Positions 10,366 to 21,429 of a DNA stretch of 64,000 nt are shown in pieces. This stretch comes from Somniosus microcephalus (Eukaryota): the NCBI GenBank assembly GCA_052327205.1, contig CM126226.1, forward strand, positions 40,238,001 to 40,302,000. Reading direction: 5' to 3'. Below the pieces are notes generated by a model. The model was not told the origin of the DNA. It saw only the letters and a program-made list of their open reading frames with translations, and searched no databases. How positions within the stretch are numbered: the stretch's first letter is position 1; each line of letters opens with the position of its first letter. The translations under genes were made by a program, and so were the position numbers.

Positions 10366-11357
10366 ATTATGCTACTAAACTGATACCATTGTGGAAAATG
10401 TTTGTTATTAACATGTTTGGGTCTGAAATTAAATCTGCAGCCAATTCCTATTTGAAGTTTATCACTTTCTATCACTTCAATACCACAGATGTTTCAGTTA
10501 AAAGGTAATTATTGAAATCACTGGGCACAAAATTGACCTTAACAATTAAAGAGGTTAGGAAATGGTAACATTCGATAATGCTAAAACTTGTATTACTGTG
10601 TAGGTTTTCTATGTGTACTCATTATGTGTTCTTTTCCTCCCCACCAAAATAAACATTAATCAGAGGGGAGTCTGTGAGAATTTATTAATGACTAACTGTC
10701 TTATCATCAAGCTAGTTAGTTAGCCCTTAGAGGCAAAGTACTGTGCATCTATTTGATCCAGCAGTTCAGATTTGTTCTAGAAGCATCAATTGACATTTTT
10801 AAAAAATGCAATAATTAGTTTATTAGCTGACATGCCACACACATATTATCTGAATGAGTCAGAGCTAGTTTATTTCTGGTAACAGAACACAGAATACTTT
10901 GAATATCACATTCACATGTATCCAAATACCCAACTAAACATTTCAACACTATTTGGAATACTTGATGAAAAAACCTAAATTGTCTGGCATAGCTGGTCAC
11001 TGATGCTTATGCAGGGAGACATTCTCCCGCAGCACTTGGCTCGTGTACAAGTCTAAAGAGCTCCAGCTCTGCTTGTCACCAGTAAAGTTTTAAAGAGTCA
11101 GTATGGCTTTTTTTTTAATCTATACTTAGAATAGTCAAAGACAAATCTCCATTTTTAAAGTACTGCCAGGATACCAAAAGATCTTTGCAGATTTTTCAAC
11201 AGTTCAGTGCAATAGTAAAATAATTCTAAACACTCCCATAAAACAAAAAGGCAGAGTGCAACCATCTGAAGCTATGGAAACCACTTTGAACCATAGAACA
11301 GATAAAAGAAAACAGCATACAAATAAGTATACCAGCCGTATTCACCCCTAAGAGACA

Positions 11358-11470
11358 ATGTTAGGCAAGGGAATTAAGGGTTAGGGAACCAAGGCGGGTA
11401 GATGGTGTTAAGATACTTAAATGGCAGAATAGGCTCACGGCTGAATGGCCCACCCCTGTTCCTATGTTCC
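11358..11470 (+). repeat. CR1 3'-end fragment
   Basis: aatggcagaataggctcacggctgaatggcccacccctgttcctatgttcc is a CR1-type terminus. Confidence 0.7.
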
Positions 11471-11559
11471 AATGCACCAGGGACTTCATTTTATTAGACT
11501 GTTAATTTTTTCAGTTTTGTCAGATTTTTAAAAGATAATTTTGTTAGTGTGTATGTTTT

Positions 11560-11850
11560 TATTTACATCCACCATCCACAAATACGCATTTCCAGTAGGA
11601 ACACTGGACAGTGGTTAAGCGAGAGAATCCTGGACAAGTTTTACCTTTTGTAGCCCAGGGATGTTGAAGCCGAAACTAAAGTCCCTATTGCCAGTGTGGT
11701 TAGATTAGCTAACTCAATAAAGATCAGTTGTCACGCCTGGGGTCTTGTTGGTCTCTATGGCTCGTACCACATCATGGCACACACTGAAGCCAAGATTTTC
11801 TAACAGGTGTTATTTTAACACCAATCAGAAAATCTAGGCTGGAGCCACTA
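11560..11850 (-). repeat. Old SINE family A, 5' half
   Basis: Reverse complement gtggtacgagccatagagaccaacaagaccccagg...gagttagctaatct...ccctgggcta matches the other copies. Confidence 0.55.
11788..11840. mobile_element. 53-bp mini foldback MITE
   Basis: TIR agccaagattttct / agaaaatctaggct (13/14 match) with inner hairpin ggtgtta/taacacc. Confidence 0.55.
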
Positions 11851-13224
11851 AGTTCATATTTGTATTTTTAGTGGATATCTCATGACACTACTCAAAGTGA
11901 GTTGAAGGATATCCTGTTTCTTATACAACATATATTGAGGGCCAAACATTTTTGGTGACTGAATAATTAGAAATGTATTTTTATTACAAAGTGTTTTAAC
12001 AATATTTGGGTGTTCAAATTCTATATTTTTGAAGAAATTGTAAATCAGTGGGCTAGATAGTGGGGATCTTGTTTCAACTTGTAGGAAGATGGTGGGGAAC
12101 TTGTTTTAGGCTGCAGGTAGAAGAACATAGGATGCACATAGAAGAACTGGGTGTGTGATGTGGCTTTATTAATGTTAGGAGGATTGTCAAACATGTGGGA
12201 ATAGGCAGGATGGTGGCAAAGAAGTGTTATGGAGCAAGAGCTTTGGGGGAAAATCTTTGAATAATGGAGTAGGGGGACAGGGTTCTGGGGTTTTGGAGTA
12301 CTGTAGCGGCATGTTGGAAATGTGGACGTAATGGGAGACTGCTGGGTTGTGATAGTGGTCCTGAGAGTGTAGGCACACTGCGATGGTAGTGGACGGGTAT
12401 TCAACCATTGGAAAGTGGGGTTGTTGGGTCTAGAAATAGTGGGAGTTGGATCCTAGTTGGCAGGAACTTTATGTGGTTGGGGGGGAATGGGGGTGGTGGT
12501 GTGGGGGAGATATAGTGATGGTGTGTACCATGCCATGTTCTCGTCTGTGAATGTGGGGCTAGGTTTAAGTTCTTTACAGCACTGACTTTGAGGAAGCCTC
12601 CATTATTTAAAGTGCAAAATAGTTAAGTTGTGTGGAAACTATTTAGTGAATCCTGCCTCCACATTTCTAAAGCTCTTGAACTGTGGGATTTAGTCCAGGG
12701 TGAGGCAGGAGAGAAGTGCTGACACCAGAAACAGGAAAGGGAAGAAGGCCATCTTGGGGCTGTATGGGGCTGGGTCAGGTGGAGTGAAAACGCTTCCTCA
12801 GCTGCTTGCTGGAGCTGTGGGCCAGGTCAGGTTGGGCGAGACCAGCAAGCAAAAGCCACCTCTAGAGGTCTGTGGGGCTGTCCCTTGGATGTTCTTTGAT
12901 GAGTGTGGAGCAGTATTAGAGACAGGAGAGGCAGCACTGGAAGGAACATCAGGTGAAAGTCTGATGTTAGTAGGTATCCGGTAAGAAGCACTGTGGAGAA
13001 CAGCGCCACTTGTCTTGGGAAGTGCAACATGGTGGACTCATTGAGAGGTAAGTGTTATACAGGTAAGTTTAAGTGTGACAGAATTAGTGTGATTGAAATA
13101 GGGTGACAGGAGAAGGTAATTAAAACATGAAATGTGTGCATACATATTACTTATAGTATAGACAAATGTACTAGCTGATCTCCTGCAGTGTTGCTCATGG
13201 GTAGTCTGGGCTCTGCAGCACCGT

Positions 13225-13340
13225 TGTGATATTTAACTGCTGTTCGGTGTCAAAAAATTTTTGTCTTAAAACACTCCTGTGCAGCACCGTGGGACATTTT
13301 ACTACGTTAAAGACGCTATATAAATACAAGTTGTTGTTGC
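13225..13340 (+). repeat. L2-type LINE 3' end
   Basis: ctcctgtgcagcaccgtgggacattttactacgttaaagacgctatataaatacaagttgttgttg. Confidence 0.7.
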
Positions 13341-13894
13341 TAAGTGTTGGCAGTCTACTTAACCTGGTTTGTCCCTTCAAGGCCACTAATCAGGCACTCC
13401 CTGTGGTGGTGGTGTAAATAGGCACATCCTGAGGTCACACAGCGGCTGACTGTTGGGGGCAGTTTCTGCAGAATGTTGTAAATCCCTTGCTCCTGCCCTT
13501 CGGGAGAAGCCCATTATCAAGGTCTGAAAAATGAACAGGAAATGACCGGCCTTCCTTTTTTTGGCATTTTGAAGTGTGATATCTGAAGTGGATGTCTGAA
13601 GTGTAATGGATATGCATTGGACACATGATTTTATACTTCTGTTTGCAAAGAGCTTGCAACCTAACACACCCTTAAAATGAAATAAATGCATCTCAGTAAT
13701 ATGCTTATTGTGGCAGATAAGGAGATAAAACTGTTTACAACGTCAAGTCCAGACTGTGAACCAAACCAAACCAAAGATAGACACTAATAACGGTACCTGT
13801 GGGAACCATGTAATGTCCAGTTTGTAGAATTTTAGCTGCGTCTAGCAACTGAAAACTCACAGGAAATGGACACTTGTTAGCTGTTAGAAACTGA

Positions 13895-14733
13895 GGGCTG
13901 GGTTTTGTCAATGGAGGCGACTTGGAGGCAGCACTGCTGCTTGTCGTGTCAATGCCCCGCCTCCATCCTCGCCTGACCATTCGGAGGTATTTTCCCCTGA
14001 TTGAGCTTGTTAAGCCCGCCCGGCGGGCTCAGCAAGCCAATTAGGGAAGAAGTCACTGACAGATCACGTCAACGTCAGACGTGCTATCTGTCAAGACTTC
14101 TTGAAAGAAGAAATGACAGCGTTTGACAGCTCTGTGAAGCTGTCAAACACTGACATTCTCTTGAGTTTGATTCGTTTTTGTGGTGAGGACTGAAAAAACA
14201 TTGTAAAAAAGTAAATTTCAGATGTCTGATGGATCAGAGGGTCCATCAGCCATTACCTGAAATTGACAAGGTGGATGTCCGCTCTCCCGATATAGCACGG
14301 CTAAGGCTACAGAAGTAAAAAAAGGTAAGTGAACACTTTTTTAAACTTATCACTCACCTTGCATACTTACCACTCCACACTTGCATCCATCACTCACCGC
14401 TACACCTTACTTCCAGGTGCCTCCGACCGCCGCAGACCTCCTCCACGTCTCCTCCAACCCGGCGGGGTTCTCTGAGGTCGGGAAGCCTTCACCTGTGAAG
14501 GTAAAATGGCACTAATCCCTTTTTCTGCCTGTTAACTACCTGTTAACAGGCAGTTAAAAGGATTAAAAGCCTTTCCCAGGAGACGGGACCCGAAGCTGCA
14601 CATCTTCCCGCCTCCTGGCAAAAGGGCACAGAGGCGGGATGGGGGCGGGTTTGCCACCCGCCCCCAATTTCTCCGATTTTACGTGCTGTCCCACCTCCAT
14701 GTCCGCCTCCTCGGGGCTTGGAAAATCGAGCCC
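13895..14733. mobile_element. Harbinger-like MITE, sibling of 2531-3344 in opposite orientation
   Basis: TIR gggctgggttttg / gaaaatcgagccc; TGA/CGA flanks; shares the aagcccgccc/gcgggctcag, gtttgacagct and ctgcctgttaac hairpins. Confidence 0.8.
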
Positions 14734-14879
14734 CGAGTCTTAGTTGTAGATAATATACCAATGGGCAATTTAATAGAAAAATCTATTTAAAACACTGCCC
14801 TCCGATTGTAAGTTCTGAGTGTCTTTGCAGTTTCCAAAGTGCATTCCACCCTAAATAGAAGCCTACCGCACAAAGTCAC

Positions 14880-15135
14880 ATTTTTTGACAAGTGCATTGG
14901 AGGTGGTGGTGCTCCATGTATTTCTTGGTGGTAGAGGTTGCAGGGGAAGGAGGTGCTTTCAAATTAACCTTAGCGAGTAATGCAGTGAATGCAGATCATA
15001 TATACTGCAGCCACAGTGCACCGGTGGTGGAAGGGGTGGGTATTTAGTCTCATAGAAGCAGCACCAATCAAGTGTAGTGTTCTATCCTGGATGGTGTTGA
15101 GTGTTGTTGCAGCTGCACCCATCAAAGCGAGCTTG
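14880..15135 (-). repeat. Decayed fragment of the CR1-group LINE family seen at 21279
   Basis: AAATTLNTIQDRTLHLIG...HHRCTVAAVY aligns to AAPTTLKKLDTIQGKAARLIG...HHRRTVAAVC. Confidence 0.75.
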
Positions 15136-16348
15136 TCAAGATCTACAGATTTGCTAACAATCACATTTGGAATGAGTATCCTTAAATTGGGATTTTTTTG
15201 TTGCTGGGTGGGGGTGGAGAAACAAGCACAACACCATAGCAGTGTTTGAAGGATTTAAAAACAGGATCTGTTAATGATCAGCATTCCACTGAACTGGATT
15301 CCTGTCGTTAATGGGGCTTGACTCTTCTAAAACACCAAACAAATTATAATTACATACATGTGTGTATATGTACACACATATATACAGATGGACGTACAGT
15401 CTTGAGTCTAGTACACACCCGTCACACTCCAGACGGCATACTTTGCTGCAGGTACAAAACAATCTTCAAAAAGCGAGAAAGAAAGCCAAGCTTTTCATTA
15501 TTACTTCTTTTCACCTGGAGCCCAAAATTTACAAGCAATTTATTGACCTTTAATTGACCTCAGAATACTTATAAGCAGCTACAATCACCTGCAGTTCCAC
15601 ATGAGCCTTAAAATCACACGCCAGGTTAGCAGCTAAACAACACAACCATGTACCAGATCCCTGCCTACCTGTCAGCAATGCCATAAAGAATCAGGTAGGA
15701 GATAAATTTACAGTTGCATCTCCTAGCTGTTCGTGTGAAAAGTAGAATGGAAGCTTATTCAGGATGAAGCAATGATGGTGTGATATGTTTTTATAGGTAG
15801 TTATGCAATCAAACAAATGCTTCTACATTTTATGTTGTGGGTTTAAGTAACAGACTTAGCATTTGTGTCATCAAACTTCAGACATCATAGGTATTAACAG
15901 GAGGAGGGATGTGATTTAACTTGAAAAAAATAGTGGATTGTGTAACTACCTTAATATGTAAAGAGAACTATGTAGTTCAGAAAGCAGCAATTCTGAGTAT
16001 GGCACAGTCCCATTATTCACAGAATCCACTTTCCAGGAAAATTACTCCTTTCTTTCTCATTTCAAAATCCAATCACTAAGCACAGTGTACTCTGCAGTTA
16101 ATGTTGCACAAAGGGCCCAGAGAGGGGGAGGAAGATTACTCAATAGCTTATCTGTATACAGCTGGGGACAGACTGTCCTGTGAGCAGTGACTGTACTTTA
16201 AAGTGCTCTCAATGGCTAAATGACATACCCATTATATACAACGACCACAATCAAGATCAGAAGACATTCAAAATTAGGACACTAAGGCTGACTTTAGTGA
16301 ATTTCCAAGATTGTTTACATCCGTTTGGCCATTTTGAAAATACTATTA

Positions 16349-16697
16349 TCACAGAAATCACAGAAACCCCACAGTGCAGATAGAGGCCATTTCGGCCCAT
16401 CGAGCCTGCACCGACACATATCCCACCCGATCCCCGTAACCCCTACACCAACACATATCCCACCCTATCCCCGTAACCCCACGTATTTAATCCCCCTAAC
16501 ACTAAGGGTCAATTTATCATAGCCAATCAACCTAACCCGCACATCTTTGGACTGTGGGAGGAAACCGGAGCACCCGGAGGAAACCCACGCAAACACGGGG
16601 AGAATGTGCAAACTCCACACAGACAGTCGCCCGAGGCCGGATTCGAACCCGGGTCCCTGGCGCTGTGAGGCAACAGTGCTAACCACTATGCCACCGT
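16349..16697 (-). repeat. HE1-type V-SINE, near full length
   Basis: tRNA head (A and B boxes), V-domain ggagtttgcacattctccccgtg...ccggtttcctcccacagtccaaaga, CR1-type tail; near-identical to 63482-63805. Confidence 0.92.
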
Positions 16698-16827
16698 ATA
16701 TAGATACACATCTTAAATCTTGCAGGTTGCAAATTTTCTGTGTCTTGGGGAGTGAAATTCCTCCCTTTGATAGTGTTACCAGAAAGTATCAATGGGAATG
16801 CAGTACAGGATTTACCATTTTGTACTA

Positions 16828-17447
16828 CAGGTACACTATCCCTTATCCGAAAGCCTTGGGACCAGCTGAGTTTCGGTTTTCGGAATTTTTCGGATTTCAG
16901 AAGGTATTATTATAAGACTGGGAAATTTGTATTTAATATAAATTGTAAAAGTTCAGGCTACCTCTTGCGACTGTTCCGTGTCTCATTCCCCTTCCTGCTT
17001 CTCTGGAAAGCCGGATATCGGCTGACTCCTACTAAGCTGGCCCGCAAATCAGGTCGGGGGTCAGAAAAGAATATCGGACGGGTCGCGGTTCAGGTCGGGG
17101 GGGGGGTGGAGAAAAGAATATCGGACGGGCCGCGGTTCGGGTCGGGTCGGGAGAAAAGAATATCGGATGTGCCGCAGTTCGGTTCGGGGGGAGAAAAGAA
17201 TATCGGACGGGCCGCTGCAGCTATCGGACGGGCCGCTGTATTGTTGGGTTCACTCTCCCGGTACCTCCTTCACACTGCCCGGCTCGGCCTGCAATCTCCT
17301 ACCCAGGAGGGAACTCTGTGACCCTCTGCCCTGCTCAGCGTAAGTCGTGCGCCACTCTGGTCATGTCGTGCGCACGACTTACGCTGAACAAAAAAACTTT
17401 CGGTTTTTAGAGGTTTTCGGAAGTTCGGATAAAGGGTAGTCTACCTG
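16828..17447. mobile_element. Tc1/mariner-pogo (Tigger-like) MITE
   Basis: TIR caggtacactatcccttatccgaa / ttcggataaagggtagtctacctg; TA flanks at 16826-16827 and 17448-17449. Confidence 0.85.
17050..17240 (+). repeat. ~40-bp minisatellite inside the Tigger-like MITE
   Basis: Four units of gaaaagaatatcggacgggccgcggttcgggtcggg plus a partial unit. Confidence 0.85.
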
Positions 17448-18177
17448 TACTAACTTTTCTCAGTAAAATTATCGACAGGAGGAATTTCATCCACTTAGCG
17501 TTTAGATCCATCATAAATGCTTGTGGAACGATGTCAATAAATGCATACATGTTCTATTTCTGCAAAGGCGGGGTTAATTTGCACTAACCTCTAACCCAAA
17601 TTAACATTATATATGTAAGGAACTGGGAACAAAATTTCAGGTTTGCACGATCATAATAATGGCTGACTAATAAAGTTTTGGGTTGGTTCCTGTTAATATC
17701 AACTTTGCTTTATTATTTGCATTTTGTGACCATCCCTGCAAAATGTCAGTAAGGGATTTTAACTGGATTTTCTCCCCTCCTCTCCTGATATTTGCTGTAC
17801 CAGTAATCCTCCAGTATGTGTCCAAGTGTGAGCCTAAACACTGGGGGGGGGGGGGGGGGGGAATTGAGTATAGTCCCGTTTGGGGCGCCAGCCTCGCCAG
17901 GGCGCTAAAAGTAGCGCCCCGGAAGCATTCGCGGCCGCCCGCCGGAAAGTGAGTGGTAGCGCCCCAAAGGGAAGCGCGGCGCTACTGGAGGCGCCCCGTA
18001 TCCCTCTTGGGGCGCTGCGACTGAATATCGTAGCGCAACGTGCCGCAGCGCCACACGCACGCCGCACTGCGGTATTGCAGGCCTTCCTCCCCTTCTTAAA
18101 GGGGAGGGGCCTTGTGCAGCGCGATCTGGGGCCCAGCTGGGCCCCCGAGGATCGGGAGTGCAGGTAAAAGAGCCCGG

Positions 18178-18373
18178 TGTTGTGTATTTTGAATGATGTA
18201 TTTGAATTGTCCCACTTAGCTTACCGTAGTTGTGATGTGCAATGCACTATGGGAAATAGAGTGCCTGAAGTGAAGAAGATTCTGGAAAGTCATGGCTGTT
18301 AACTGAACTCTGTCTCCTGCATACTCTTTTAATTATTATACAAGCAAGGTTATTAAACTCTTGAGATTTAACA
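18178..18373 (+). repeat. 5' LTR
   Basis: tgttgtgtattttgaatg...gagatttaaca; direct repeat of 20386-20576. Confidence 0.93.
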
Positions 18374-18377
18374 AAAC

Positions 18378-18390
18378 TGGCGACGAGGAT
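18378..18390 (+). promoter_or_regulatory. Primer-binding site, probably tRNA-Ser(GCU)
   Basis: tggcgacgaggat 4 nt after the LTR; complementary to the recalled vertebrate tRNA-Ser(GCU) 3' end AUCCUCGUCGCCA. Confidence 0.75.
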
Positions 18391-20283
18391 TGGACTAACA
18401 AGTGCCAGGAGGCGTTCATGACAGCAAAAGACACTCTCCTGAAGTCAGAGGCTTTGACGCATTTTAACCCTTCATTACCAATACAGTTAGCTTGCGATGC
18501 ATCGTCATATGAGAAACGACCGCTCCCACACCATATCATGCCAAACGAAGAGAAGCCGATAGCATTCGCATCTAGGACTTTGAACAGAGCTGGAACTAAC
18601 TACGCCCAAATAGAACGAGAAGCACTGAGCATCATTTTTGGCGTTCGCAAGTTTCACCAATATTTGTACGGGAGACAGTTCACCCTACTAACAGATCACC
18701 GCCCTCTCACGACCATCTTCGGGCCACATACAGGGATTCCGTCACTTGCTGCGAGCAGAATGCAAAGGTGGGCGCTGCTGTTGTCTGCACACACATTTGA
18801 CATTAGATATCGTAAGTCTGACCTGCACGGCAACACCGACGGTCTTTCCAGGTTGCCGCTGCCTGTCACCAAGCCTATGATGCGTAGCATGGACATCTGT
18901 TATTTTAGGCAGGTGGAGAACGCGCCTGTTACTTCGACACAGGTCCGACGAAACACCAGAAACAACCCAGTGTTGTCTGCAGTGCTGGACATTATCGTCA
19001 GGGGCAAGCTTGACAGCGATGACTCAAACCTGAAACCATATCTCTTAAGGAGAAACGAACTGTCGGTGCAGTCTGGATGTTTGCTGTGGGGGAGGAGAGT
19101 GGTTATTCCACCATCGTTACGAAAACCAGTGTTACAGCAACTACACTCCGGACACTGCGGAATGGTTCGTATGAAAGAACTAGCGAGGCGCTACTTCTGG
19201 TGGCCGGGTATGGATGGACAGATGGAGGACAAAGCTAAAACCTGTTCCTCATGTCAGAGTTCGTAATGTGCCACAGCTTGCACCTCTTCACCCCTGGGAC
19301 TTTCCGGAGGAAGCATGGCACCGCATTCATGTAGACTTTGCAGGTCCATTCGAGGAATGTTCCTGGTGGCTGTTGACGCGCACAGTAAGTGGCCAGAGGT
19401 TGTTATAATGAGGTCCACCACCGCTGAGAAGACCATCGAGAAGTTAGGTGAGGTGTTCAGCCGATTTGGATCTCCGATGCAACTTGTCTCAGACAACGGT
19501 CCACAGTGGGTGTCACAAGACATGGCTACATTCCTGTAGGTGAATGGCGTACAACATATCAGGGCTGCACCATAGCACCCTGCAACCAATGGTCTAGCTG
19601 AGAGGTTTGTTCAGACCATGAAACACTCTCTAAAGGCTTTGCAAGGCCAGGGAATGCTTCATCAGTGCCTGAATAGTTTCCTGTTGAGTTACAGGAACAC
19701 ACCACATGCGACCACAAAAGCATCACCTGCCACTCTACTGCTCAAAAGAGAGCTACGAACCAACTTTGACCTGCTGAAACTGCCAAAGGTGAAAGACGTG
19801 GTACAGTATCAGCAGGACAAGCAGATCAAGCGACGTGAACAACGCTCCAAAGACAGAGTCTTCAGTCCAGGTGAACATGTGTTGGCACGGAACTACAGTG
19901 GTGGACCTAAGTGGGTTCCTGCTACTGTCATTGCACAGACTGGTCCAGTATCCTACACTGTACAGACACCCGAGGACACTGTCTGGAAGAGACACACCGA
20001 TCAACTTCTACGAAGTGCAGCAACACCCACTGAACCACCAACAGCAGTTTATCTGCCATTGGGTGACGCTGTGGGTCATCCGCCTTCTGCACCGAGAGGC
20101 TCACCTTCTGAGGAAGCAGCCGCTTCAGCCCCTAGCTCATCAGCAAGGGAGACCTGTATACAGGCACCTCAGCCGCCTACACCTGTGTTGACGTCACCTG
20201 TGAGAGACAATGAACTGGAGAGCCAGGTTGACCGCCGGTATCCTACCAGAGAGCGGCGGCCCCCTATACGCTTGAACTTATAG
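18391..20283 (+). pseudogene. Gypsy pol 3' half: RT connection, RNase H, integrase
   Basis: LACDAS, YAQIEREAL, TDHRPL (RNase H); LHSGH..CSSC zinc finger; RIHVDFAGP, SDNGPQ, NGLAERFV (DDE). Frameshifts near 19262 and 19355; in-frame TAGs near 19537 and 19572. Confidence 0.92.
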
Positions 20284-20371
20284 TTCAGAGGCTTATCCTT
20301 TATCAGTGTTTTAAAAATGTTTGAATTATTGTGTTTTTAAATTTTGTGGTTCTATTGGGACATCTAAATGT

Positions 20372-20385
20372 AAGAGGGGAGGAGA
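20372..20385 (+). promoter_or_regulatory. Polypurine tract
   Basis: aagaggggaggaga immediately before the 3' LTR. Confidence 0.85.
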
Positions 20386-20576
20386 TGTGTATTTTGAATG
20401 TCGTATTTGAATTGTCCCACATAGCTTACCGTAGCTGTGATGTGCAGTGCACTATGGGAAATAGAGTGCATGAAGTGAAGCTGATTCTGGAAAGTCGTGG
20501 CTGTTAACTGAACTCTGTCTCCTGCGTACTCTATTCATTGTTATACAAGCAAGGTTATTAAACTCGAGATTTAACA
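20386..20576 (+). repeat. 3' LTR
   Basis: tgtgtattttgaatg...gagatttaaca followed by the TSD. Confidence 0.93.
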
Positions 20577-21429
20577 CCCGGCATCGAAGAGAAGTGCCGG
20601 GCTCTTGGAGCGCAGCCGGCACTCCGCGGGGGGGGGGGGGTTCAGGAGGACGGGGCCGGGGACGGGAACGCAGGCAGGTGCTGGCAGGCGGCCAACAACA
20701 AAAATGGCCGCCCCGCACCTCCTTTAATTTGTGCCTCCCCGGCCGCAGGTAGGCCCCCCTGAACCGGTCGGACATAGCGTCCGGCGGTAAATCAGGGGGC
20801 GCTGCCTATTATCGCGGCCGGGGCGTCAGCGGGGCGCTGCGCACACCGATGACGTCATTGGTAGCGGCGCAGCGCTAGCGGTTAGCGCCACCACTAACAT
20901 CCCATGGAATTTAGCGGGAGGCATGGACAATGGCGCGCCCGGGCGCCAGTTGGCTTGCGCTCCATTGGTGCCCTCTTAAGGCGCTAACGGGAGGCGCAAG
21001 CAACTGAATTTTCCCCCTGGGTGTCAGCAGGCTATTTGACCATGCAAGGTATCAAGGCCAAGCTTGACCCCATCCTCACTCAAAATGCCAAACAACACAA
21101 TTTCCAGCAGGAGTCACTCAATAGCAATTAGGAATGGGAACCCTGGACTATTCCTCCCACCTTCCCTAACTCAAGACTACTGTGGCCAGCTGCACCCTGT
21201 GCTACCCTGGCTCGGATCAGATAACTCAGCACAAACCAAAGATCAAACCCACAACCTTCTTGCTCTGCGTATCTCAGGTTTTTTTTATTCATTGATGGGA
21301 TGTGGGCGTCGCTGGCTGGCTAGGCCTGCATTTTGTGCCCATCCCTAATTGCCCTCGAGAAGATGGTGGTGAGCATTTTCTTGAACCGCTGCAGTCCATA
21401 TGGTGTAGGTACACCCACAATGCTGTTAG

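Larger units (their letters stand above)
16748..17494. mobile_element. Foldback MITE split by a Tigger-like insertion
   Basis: Arms gggagtgaaattcctccctttgatagtgttacc and gtaaaattatcgacaggaggaatttcatccac are imperfect reverse complements. Confidence 0.65.
18178..20576 (+). mobile_element. Gypsy/Ty3 LTR retrotransposon, internally deleted
   Basis: TG..CA LTRs 18178-18373 and 20386-20576; 5-bp TSD CCCGG (18173-18177, 20577-20581); PBS; PPT; RNase H followed by integrase. Confidence 0.95.
17844..21016. mobile_element. CpG-rich Harbinger-like MITE hosting a Gypsy insertion
   Basis: Ends (g)n-aattgagt / actgaattttcccc; CTG flanks; related to 48495-49191 (gagcccggca..tgccgggctc and caccgatgacgtcat motifs). 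Confidence 0.8.

Noticed and set aside
16465-16915. ORFs MDCGRKPEHPEETHA.. (also at 63433)
   Set aside because: Spurious translations of the HE1 V-SINE.
17050-17240. Regularly spaced repeats resembling a CRISPR array
   Set aside because: Spacers are near-identical G-rich variants, there are no cas genes and the context is vertebrate; this is a minisatellite in a MITE.
17834-18167. GC-rich ORFs and CpG island suggesting a host promoter (also 20452-20775 and 48613-49188)
   Set aside because: Bounded by TIRs and 3-bp TSDs; the ORFs arise from stop-poor GC-rich MITE sequence.
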